Source: Candidatus Bathyarchaeota archaeon
GTDB lineage: Archaea; Thermoproteota; Bathyarchaeia; Bathyarchaeales; Bathycorpusculaceae
DNA length: 63,695 nt
Reading direction: 5' to 3'
Assembly (NCBI GenBank): GCA_963827165.1
Contig: CAWGZR010000013.1
Span: forward strand, 1-63,695
A program made the position numbers and the translations under genes. The notes beneath the pieces are model-generated. The model saw nothing but the letters and a program-made list of their open reading frames with translations, had not been told where the DNA came from and ran no database searches. Below, piece by piece: positions 1 to 7,897 of the stretch; the first letter of the stretch is position 1; each line of letters starts with the position of its first letter.

Positions 1-302
1 CAGTAGACACTTTTGGCAATCAACTGCTAAATGTCTATGTCTTCGGTCACAGGGTACGGTGCAAGAACACTTCAGGCGGCACATTGTCAGCAGGCGCAGT
101 TGTTGTTTCGGCTAACGGCGGAATAGCCGCTTTGGCAGCTACTACAGATTCAGCTCTTGGCGCAACACTGACGGCGAATACAACCACAGGGGTAATCACA
201 GCTTCAGGTCTCGCAGCAATCATCAATGCCTTGTCAAATCGCCGCGGAGTCGTAGTTGTTGGTGGCGCAAATAACGCGCAAGTTCAAATAATCTTCGGGT
301 AA
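1..302 (+). CDS. Putative capsid cement/decoration protein, 5'-truncated by the window edge
   Basis: Frame open from position 3 (VDTFGNQLLNVYVFGHRV...); Gly/Ala/Val-rich; lies directly upstream of the major capsid gene. Confidence 0.5.
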   Translation, partial: VDTFGNQLLNVYVFGHRVRCKNTSGGTLSAGAVVVSANGGIAALAATTDSALGATLTANTTTGVITASGLAAIINALSNRRGVVVVGGANNAQVQIIFG

Positions 303-381
303 AACCGAGGATCAACCCTTTCAGTTTTTTTGAAAGCGAGAAGAAAAATCAAAATAATCAATTTTGGAGGAAAAAAGAAAA

Positions 382-1278
382 ATGAGTTTTGTAGAAGACG
401 CTCTAACCTTTGTTGATAGCGCATCGATTCAGTATCCAGAACTGAACCAGGTCATCATAGAGATGACTATGCCAAACCTGATCTTGAAAAGACTACTCAC
501 AGACGATGTTCTCAAGCATGGCCGAACTAAGACTTACACGATTGAAAACGGCTCTCACAGTGTAGGCATAAGCGAAGTGGCGCCAGGCACCGCTGCACCC
601 GTCGATTACACGCCTATGAAATTCGCGACGGTTAGCCCTTACAAACGTATGGAAGCCATCGAGATTCCTAAAGAGGTCGTTGAAGACGTTGACTTGCCAG
701 TGGTTAACCAGCAGCTCAAAAGACTTGCGAGACGTCTCGCATATCAGATTGAGTTAGATTGCTGGACCGTGATGCTTGCCGCAGTTCCAAGCGCAAACAG
801 CTTTGCATGCACCGGCAAAACAATCACTGTAACAGGCACCGAATTCACCAAGGCAAACACTGCAGGCATGGAAGACTTCAACAATGCTGAGGCTTTGATT
901 AACGCCGGAGACTTTTTGATGGACACGATTGTCTGCAACCCGATCCAGAAACGAGACATCAAGAACCTGCCCAACTACAGCCTATACCGCAACGAGATCT
1001 CGCCGATTACTCAGAAGCCGATCCAGATGCTGGGCGAATGGGAACTTTGCTGGTCAAACGTTGTTCCCGCAGGGACTATCATTTGCTTGTCAACAGGCAA
1101 GAACCTTTCTGCTTCCTATGCCCCTCTAGGGATGTTCCTTGTGAAGAGACCGCTCACAACCGATGTTGAGCTGCTCAAATCCAAGGAACTGGTGAAGCCG
1201 ATTCTCAGCACCCGATATGCTCCGATCATACTCAACGGTCAATGCCAAGCCGCGATCACAGGGTTAGCAACTAGTTAA
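382..1278 (+). CDS. Major capsid protein, HK97-like fold
   Basis: About 298 aa; 'VSPYKRMEAIEIPKEVVEDVDLPVVNQQLKRLARRLAYQIE' and 'IVCNP' resemble HK97-fold capsid motifs; GGAGG upstream; virion gene order. Confidence 0.8.
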   Translation: MSFVEDALTFVDSASIQYPELNQVIIEMTMPNLILKRLLTDDVLKHGRTKTYTIENGSHSVGISEVAPGTAAPVDYTPMKFATVSPYKRMEAIEIPKEVVEDVDLPVVNQQLKRLARRLAYQIELDCWTVMLAAVPSANSFACTGKTITVTGTEFTKANTAGMEDFNNAEALINAGDFLMDTIVCNPIQKRDIKNLPNYSLYRNEISPITQKPIQMLGEWELCWSNVVPAGTIICLSTGKNLSASYAPLGMFLVKRPLTTDVELLKSKELVKPILSTRYAPIILNGQCQAAITGLATS

Positions 1279-1357
1279 GCTTAGCTTGTTTTGCCCATAT
1301 CTTTTAACTATGGACCGTAAAGCCGGCTTCAAATTAAACAATTTACGGAGACTTTTC

Positions 1358-1819
1358 ACGTCAACTTACCCAGCGTTAACTTCGTTAGAAGAAGTTATCG
1401 GCTTTCTAAATGCTACCGGACCAGATAGCAACAGCAATTATCTGGTTTACGGGCTATCTGTTTCAAGCAACAGCGTCCAAGCATACGTTGATCACGCGAA
1501 CACCTACATAGGCAGCTTGGTGCCCACCGTAACATCAACGGATCCGCGTTACTCGTTTGCGCAGTTAGCCGCACTTGATCTTGCGTGCATGAGCGTTTTA
1601 GTTGCAGCAAGCGGCGGCATGCTTTTGGGCGCGGCAGATTACAAACTTGGCGACTTATTCGTAACTAAAGGCACCATCGGAAAATTCTCATTTCAAAGCG
1701 CAGTACAAAGCTTCCAAGACAGTTTCACCCGAAACATAGTAAATCTTTCAACTGTAGCCATAGGCGCTCAAGCACGGCTGGGGCATGAAGTTCCTCATTG
1801 TAGAGGATGGGGGCATTAG
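1358..1819 (+). CDS. Putative head-tail adaptor (ORF track start 1286; probable start ACG 1358)
   Basis: Follows the capsid gene; 'TSLEEV..FL' N-terminus and 'DYKLGDLFVT' are typical of adaptors; GGAG 7 nt before the ACG. Confidence 0.55.
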   Translation, partial: TSTYPALTSLEEVIGFLNATGPDSNSNYLVYGLSVSSNSVQAYVDHANTYIGSLVPTVTSTDPRYSFAQLAALDLACMSVLVAASGGMLLGAADYKLGDLFVTKGTIGKFSFQSAVQSFQDSFTRNIVNLSTVAIGAQARLGHEVPHCRGWGH

Positions 1820-1821
1820 GA

Positions 1822-1926
1822 ATGAAGAAGCGAAAGCTTAGGCTTCTGCTTATTCCGGTTGCTATAGTGCTTTTCGTGATAGGTTGGCTTCTTTATTATT
1901 TTGGCAGAAAGCGGAGGAAAGCTTAG
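1822..1926 (+). CDS. 34-aa single-pass membrane peptide
   Basis: MKKRKLRLLLIPVAIVLFVIGWLLYYFGRKRRKA; fills the gap in the viral operon. Confidence 0.55.
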   Translation: MKKRKLRLLLIPVAIVLFVIGWLLYYFGRKRRKA

Positions 1927-2364
1927 ACGTCAACTAATCATGCCCTAGCCGTTTCGGAGTTGCTGCAGGAGAATTGGGCGCTATCAAGTCCAGTGGCTAC
2001 CGCGAATATTTTGTGGCCTACCACTCGCATGGACGCGATTGGGATTACTCAGGGAAAAGGAACCTTGCAAGTAGCCGTCTATAACGCGAGCCCAAGCAAG
2101 CAGGTGGATGCGCTTAGCCGCGAATGTTATCTGGTTACTGAAAAACTTGTTGTAGACATAATTGTTGTTAACGCTAGCCAAAGCGCAGCTGATTTAGCGG
2201 TTGCAGAATCTATTTTGGAGGCATTTCAGGCTGAAGTTAGCCGCATTATACACTTGCAAGACCCAAACTATGTGGTGACCGGTGAGCCGATTCACAGTAA
2301 CGCAACTGAAGTAACCCGCGTCATGATCAACATTGACGCCGTTTACTTTAGCATTTCAAGTTAA
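1927..2364 (+). CDS. Putative tail terminator/neck protein
   Basis: Size, beta-rich C-terminus and position in the head-tail module; GGAGG then ACG at 1927, in frame with ORF 1960..2364. Confidence 0.45.
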   Translation, partial: TSTNHALAVSELLQENWALSSPVATANILWPTTRMDAIGITQGKGTLQVAVYNASPSKQVDALSRECYLVTEKLVVDIIVVNASQSAADLAVAESILEAFQAEVSRIIHLQDPNYVVTGEPIHSNATEVTRVMINIDAVYFSISS

Positions 2365-2380
2365 TAGGCAGGTGAAGTCA

Positions 2381-2500
2381 ATGGCAGAACAAAAAAGGGC
2401 AGCAAACCAGAAATTTAAAACGAAATTTAGCACTTGGGTTGTAACTTACAAAAACGGCTCTCAGGTTCTTGTAGAGCATAGAGTAACGAAAATAGCTTAA
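2381..2500 (+). CDS. 39-aa viral hypothetical protein
   Basis: GGTGA ribosome-binding site; MAEQKRAANQKFKTKFSTWVVTYKNGSQVLVEHRVTKIA; its 3' end recurs at 35654 and 36338. Confidence 0.6.
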   Translation: MAEQKRAANQKFKTKFSTWVVTYKNGSQVLVEHRVTKIA

Positions 2501-2536
2501 GGAGAATACAGCGGTCTGCATCAAAGGTGAAGCGAT

Positions 2537-2899
2537 ATGAGTATTTCTGTTCAGGTAAATTTGTCAAATTTTGATACGTTGAGCAGTTGCTTTGATTGTC
2601 TTTGTGAGCAGTACCCAGAAGCCGTTAGGCAAGCATTGATGAATGTTGCTCAGGATATTTTGGCGACTGCAAACACGTTAGTTCCAGTCAGAACAGGCTT
2701 TTTGAAAAGCACCATAGCGATTGAGCAACCCAGCAATTTCCAACTTAAAGTTAAAGCTACAGCGCCTTATGCGTATTATGTTGAGTTTGGCACTAGGCGC
2801 ATGTCTGCCCGGTTGTTTTTGACTAACGCGGTTAATCAGCACTTAAGTGAGCTTGCACCGGGAATTGAACAGCAAATCCAAGATTTACTGCAAGGTTAA
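2537..2899 (+). CDS. HK97 gp10 family tail-completion protein
   Basis: Hallmark motifs PVRTGFLKSTI and YAYYVEFGTRRMSARLFL. Confidence 0.9.
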   Translation: MSISVQVNLSNFDTLSSCFDCLCEQYPEAVRQALMNVAQDILATANTLVPVRTGFLKSTIAIEQPSNFQLKVKATAPYAYYVEFGTRRMSARLFLTNAVNQHLSELAPGIEQQIQDLLQG

Positions 2900-2937
2900 C
2901 GGTTTTAAAAGTAATCATTTTAATCGAGGTGAAAAAT

Positions 2938-3359
2938 ATGAGTTTAGCAACTACGCCAGTTCTAAGTCGGAATGCAGTTGTCCAGGTGGGCGGAGCGGCA
3001 ATCGGTTTTCTCACCGACTTCACCATGGATGTTAAAGCGGAAATGATTAAGGAGTATGTTTGCGCGTCAGGTGGGTCTCCGTCGCCAGCTTTTACGGCAA
3101 GCGGCAACCAGTCTTACACGTTTAAGGCTTCGGCGCTTTATGTTCCAGCAAACTACGCAGCACTACTAACAGATGTTCTCAACGGCTCATTGGTTACAGT
3201 TATTGGGGTCCACAAGGCACGACCACAGGATCAGGCACTCCAAAAATCACGTTGAGCAACGTTGTCTTAACCGCTTACAGCGTCAAAAACGGACAAAAAG
3301 GCACAATAGCGAATGATATTAGCGGTGAAGCGCAAAGTGTGGCCACGAGCACCTTCTAG
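2938..3359 (+). CDS. Tail tube (major tail) protein with a 1-nt frameshift near 3203
   Basis: ATTGGGGTCC lacks one T relative to paralogous copies (IWGPQG); restored frame ends ...ISGEAQSVATSTF*; lies after gp10 and before the tail chaperone. Confidence 0.7.
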
Positions 3360-3480
3360 TGCTTTTTCTTCCCATTTGTTAATGGGGAGAGTATGTGTAA
3401 GTGAAAAGCGGTTTGGGAATTAGAATTTAATCCCCAAACACAAGCTTAAATCGTCGACCTATTTTAGTACCAAAATCTGT

Positions 3481-4011
3481 TTACCCAGACCAATTCTCTG
3501 TCATTGTAGCACTTGCAGAATCAAGATTTAATGTTCCAGCATCGGCAGTACCACCAGTTATCCCTAAGAATTTCCAAGTTATGCTTACTGAATAAGTATC
3601 TTGATTCGGAAGAGTAACAGAGTAGGTTCCACCATTTGCGTCTGCTACATAGTTATTTCCAGTTGTCTCACTCGTAAAAGTAATCTTTTCTGGGCTTGTT
3701 CCAGTGCCGGTAGTTGTGACTGTTCCGCTTAATACAACTTGAGATGGTTTACTGATTCCAGGGACACTTCCTGGGACAGCCATCGCAACCACAATAACGA
3801 TTACTATGATAGCTAAGATAAGTCCTATTGCCAAGTTTCTGCCAGTATGTGATGTTTTATGTTTTTGGTAAGGTGGTGATGGGGTTGGCATTGGTTGAGA
3901 AGGTGAAAAAGACATAGATTTCTGCGGAGCATTAGAAAGAGGTTTACCGCAGAATGGGCAAAACTGAGTACCTTCCTCAACTTGTTTGCCACAATTTGGA
4001 CAGTACGGCAT
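3481..4011 (-). CDS. Zinc-ribbon membrane protein (cargo)
   Basis: CPNCG/CPFCG, Pro-rich linker, one TM helix, extracellular beta domain. Confidence 0.8.
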   Translation of the reverse strand: MPYCPNCGKQVEEGTQFCPFCGKPLSNAPQKSMSFSPSQPMPTPSPPYQKHKTSHTGRNLAIGLILAIIVIVIVVAMAVPGSVPGISKPSQVVLSGTVTTTGTGTSPEKITFTSETTGNNYVADANGGTYSVTLPNQDTYSVSITWKFLGITGGTADAGTLNLDSASATMTENWSG

Positions 4012-4133
4012 CAAGTGCACGCTCGCTTTTTGATATAGAGCGATTTGCATATAATTTTTTGCGAAGATCATAAACGACATGCTTTTCGCTTCATAAATTT
4101 CATCGAATGAATAAAAAAGAAAAGAAGTTTAGG

Positions 4134-5765
4134 TTATTTTGGGCTTTTAGGTGTTTTTTGTTTACTCGCTTTAACTAAGATGGCTGAACAAGTAGCAATC
4201 GCTAAAACCAGTAGCACAACGAATGAGGTTAATTCGGGAATTGTTGGAGTTGGGGTCGGTGTAGGTGTAGTTGTTGGTGTTAGCGTTGGAGTGGGCGTTG
4301 GCGACGCAGTAGGAACTGGCGTTGGCGACGCAGTAGGAACTGGAGTGGGCGTTGGCGTTGGAGTTGGATTCACTGTAATAGAAACAGTATTAGAAGCAAG
4401 AGAAGTAACTGGAGTGGAAGCGCTATCAGTCACCGTACAAGTAACTGTATGTGAAGTTCCAGCGGCAGTGTAAGAATAGCTTGCACTGTTAGTGCCAACT
4501 GCTGTGCCGTCCAGATACCATTGATAGGACAGAGTGCCTGAACCGCCACTGGCTGTTGCAGTGAATGCTTGAACCTCACCAACAGTTAAAGTAAGCGGAC
4601 CAACAGGAGCTATAGTAACAGTCGGAGCAGCGTCTACTGTAACAGAAGTCGCGTTAGAACTCGCTACTGCACCAGTGCTGTCAGTAACTTGAAGTATGAA
4701 GAACCAGGTGCCAGTAGTTGTGGAACTTGTAGTTACAAAGTTGTAGCTCGTTAAAGTTGCGCCGCTAATCGACGAGTAAGAGGAGACGCCGGGAGCCTCA
4801 CTGAACCATTGGTACGTGTAGGGCGAAGCGCCAATCGTTACCGCAGTAGACGTCAAACTGGAAGTTTGACCCTGATCCACCGAGCCAGGCGAAGCAGACA
4901 CAGAGGGAGGAACCAAAATTTGAGAATCTGACATGACTGAGACCGTGTTGGATCCGTAATTGGCTACGAATACTTCGCCTTTACCGGAATCATAAGCTAC
5001 ACCCCAGGGTTCAGTTCCAACGGGCACGGTGGCAACCACGCCGTTGACGCTATCCGATATAACTGAAACCGTGCCAGAACCGTAATTGGCTACGAATACT
5101 TCGCCTTTGCCAGAATCATAAGCATGCATCATGAGGGTTGCTTCCCACGGACACGGTTTTGACGACGGCATTGGTGCTGTCCGATATAACCGAAACCGAG
5201 TTAGACCCGTAATTGGCTACGAATACACCTCGCCTATGCCAGAATCATAAGCCACACCATTGGGTCGGTTCCAACGGGTACGGTGGCAACGATGGTATTG
5301 GTGCTGTCCGATATAACTGAAACCGTGCCAGAACCGTAATTGGCTACGAATACTTCGCCTTTGACCAGAATCATAAGCCACGTTACGGGGACCGCTTCCA
5401 ACAGGTATGGTGGCAACAACGGCGTTGGTGCTGTCCGATATCACCGAAACCGTGTTGGACCCCTCGTTGGCTATGAAGATTTCGCTTTTGCCAGAATCAT
5501 AAGCCGCACTCTCGGGTCCGCTTCCAACAGGTATGGTTGCAACCACGCCGTTAGTGCTGTCCGATATAACTGAAACCGTGCCAGAACCGTAATTGGCTAC
5601 GAATACTTCGCCCATGCCCGAATCATAAGCCACACCTTCGGGTTGACTTCCAACCGTTATCGTGGCGGTTACTCCGGCGGCGTGGACCGAGTTGACTGCT
5701 GACAATGCAAAAGTCATAATGAATAATAAACCTAAAAGCTTCCAAACTTTGGCTTTCATATCCAT
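4134..5765 (-). CDS. YVTN/YncE beta-propeller surface protein with Ig/PKD-like domains, PT linker and PEF-CTERM-like tail; frameshifted around 5130-5370
   Basis: Signal peptide; repeats 'GVAYDSGKGEVFVANYGSGTVSVISDSTN'; IPEL + TM + basic tail. Confidence 0.8.
4930..5660 (-). repeat. Six ~126-bp tandem coding repeats (YVTN blades)
   Basis: GAATCATAAGC-containing unit starts at 4984, 5110, 5239, 5365, 5491 and 5617. Confidence 0.85.
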
Positions 5766-6002
5766 TCCTCAATCTTTCCTTCTAACGCCCGAGAAACATG
5801 GACTACGGAAAAATCATAATGAGTTGAGGTAATTAATCCGAGAACAGTGAAACCTGGTTTCTTTTTCATGTTTGCTCCCTTTCTCCAAGTAAAGCACATA
5901 AGCACTAATTCGCTGAATCAGTTTATACGTTTTTTGTATTCAAGTTATCATTACTCAATTTCGTTCTGTTTCAAAGTTAAAAATTGTTAATGAGGTGATT
6001 TG

Positions 6003-6452
6003 ATGAGTGAAGAAAAATTTGATAGCGAAGGTTTCGAGAAGCTTAAAGCAGCATTCAACGAATACGAGGCAGAGCAAAAAGAGCGTTTCAAAAACTTTAG
6101 CGTAAGCCTGTTGAAAAATAGTAAGGTTCCGCAGGAGGCTAATGTGCCTGGCGCCGGATGGGTCAAATTTGTTTTGCTGACCCATAACGAGCTTAGCGAT
6201 TTAGCGAAGTTTTACAAGGATGATCAGCGCGAATTTGAACTGCAGGCACTTCTGAAGATGATGAAGCCCTGCTACCCTGATTTAACAGAGAAGGATCTGC
6301 GTGATGCGCCTTGGGATTTGGTGCGTGCACTGGAGAAAGCTTTGCTTAATGAGGGTTTTTTACCGCGAACGGTGAGGCGGTCAATGACTGGATCAGCTGG
6401 AGCGGTGAAGCCCAGCGGCCCCACCACTTATCTAAATCTTGGAGAGTTTTGA
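6003..6452 (+). CDS. Tail assembly chaperone with a -1 slippery site; 3' end replaced at 6411
   Basis: First viral gene after the tail tube; GAG GGT TTT TTA at 6351-6362; open -1 frame FTANGEAVNDWISWSGEAQR. Confidence 0.65.
   Translation: MSEEKFDSEGFEKLKAAFNEYEAEQKERFKNFSVSLLKNSKVPQEANVPGAGWVKFVLLTHNELSDLAKFYKDDQREFELQALLKMMKPCYPDLTEKDLRDAPWDLVRALEKALLNEGFLPRTVRRSMTGSAGAVKPSGPTTYLNLGEF
6411..6426 (+). other. tRNA 3'-end fragment (att-like) CCCAGCGGCCCCACCA
   Basis: T-stem 3' strand + acceptor 3' strand + ACCA; would match a tRNA beginning GGGGCCG (Pro/Trp-like). Confidence 0.6.
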
Positions 6453-6457
6453 AGGGC

Positions 6458-7120
6458 TTACTTGTCAGATAGTTCTGGGATCTGCTCAGTCAACATAACC
6501 CAGTTTGCGGAAACGCTCTTTCTTATTAGTGGCTTGATCGTAGTGAAAACTGGCGGAGGCATTATCGACATAAATAATCTTGTGACTTTAACTTGGTCAT
6601 CAAGGTCGAGTAGAGGTAATAGCCATTGAAACTGAGTAGGGATCCGTTCTGGAGGTGTTTTACTTGCCATGTTCCTAACAATTGAGACTTGCTCGTCGTC
6701 TGTTGTTCGTTCTCTGAGAATTGGATATAGATGTGCGTCTTCCTTGTCTAAATGAATTCGCAGATGCGAGTTTAAAACGGCTGTTGCTCTAATTGCCGTT
6801 AAAGGGTCAGGTGCTTTGCGGATTGCTTCTAACCCCTGAACCATGTTGTCAAGTTCACGGTGATCTATGATGTAGGCTTTGGCTACAAGAGGCGCGATGT
6901 TGTCGACAGCTGGGAAAACCGCTGCTTCCTCACCTCTTGCGTGATAATCCAAGATTTCGGTCACGATTTGGAGTCGATTAAAAATGGGCGCCAAGTCTCC
7001 GCCCTCACGTGCTATGTTAAGCATTGAGGTGTCGATTTGGGACATGTCTAGACGAAATGCATTATGAAAACAACGAACTATGTCTATAGGTCTTAACAAA
7101 AAAATCTTCTCTAACTTCAA
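6458..7120 (-). CDS. Hemerythrin-like (HHE) domain protein
   Basis: FHNAFR, HARGEE, DHRELD and HLDKED motifs. Confidence 0.85.
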   Translation of the reverse strand: MKLEKIFLLRPIDIVRCFHNAFRLDMSQIDTSMLNIAREGGDLAPIFNRLQIVTEILDYHARGEEAAVFPAVDNIAPLVAKAYIIDHRELDNMVQGLEAIRKAPDPLTAIRATAVLNSHLRIHLDKEDAHLYPILRERTTDDEQVSIVRNMASKTPPERIPTQFQWLLPLLDLDDQVKVTRLFMSIMPPPVFTTIKPLIRKSVSANWVMLTEQIPELSDK

Positions 7121-7212
7121 TTCTATTTGCTAGCTATTAAATGATTAGTCAGCAGTTGTCATCAACCTTTAAAAGGAGGATTTTGCGGGAGATATCTCCG
7201 CTATAGGCTGCA

Positions 7213-7235
7213 TTCAAATCCCAGCGGCTCCACTA
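7213..7235 (+). other. Second tRNA 3'-end fragment TTCAAATCCCAGCGGCTCCACTA
   Basis: T-loop TTCAAAT followed by the same stem as 6411-6426, with 2 mismatches. Confidence 0.6.
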
Positions 7236-7897
7236 AATGGGACGAAAAAGCATGCCCTAATCAATCACAGAAAAATAACAATTGCAACTTCTTTCTCTGA
7301 TAAAAAAATCGTGGCCTTCTCAGTAGAATCGTGAACGCTCTTAAAAAAGTCCTGAAAACCAAAGACAGCCGAACGGTACTGCCTTTTGAGGTAGGGACTC
7401 ACGCCAGTTCTAGTAACCATTCAACTCGCGCTCAGAATTTTTTTTACTGGTAAAGTTTATGACGCAAGCGTCGATAGGAGTGGATGAAAATTCATTGATC
7501 TATTCCAACGATTTTCACAGCAAATTGGTGCGGGGCCCCCGCCCGACGCAAACCGTTCGTCTCGACTGTAATTCTATTGGATATTTCAAGGCAGTCTGAA
7601 TCACTACGGTTCAAATCTATAGAGTTATTTGGTTTGGGTGCGAATTTCTTTCGCGGAAAGTTGATTGATTAGATTTGTTTCAAAAAAAACACAAACGGTA
7701 TATTAAAGCCTAAAGCAAAACAGGTTTGCTGAGGCTCTGGAAGCAAATTTCTTTTAGGAGAAAAAAGAAAAATACAAACTCTTCAATTGCCCTATATTGA
7801 ATTTAACCGGAGTTTTCTCAGCCTCCAGTTACACCATCTTCTTTTTATTTTTTTAAGAACCAAAAAAAGGAAAAGGGGTTGGTTTGTTATTTTTGGC

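Noticed and set aside
364-1278. Encapsulin rather than viral capsid
   Set aside because: Followed by neck, gp10, tail tube and chaperone genes, which indicates a tailed-virion module
4930-5660. 126-bp repeats as DGR template/variable repeats or CRISPR
   Set aside because: They are in-frame YVTN blades, and no reverse transcriptase is present
7525-7545. TGGTGCGGGG as a reverse-strand tRNA 3' end
   Set aside because: About 10 nt only; could be chance
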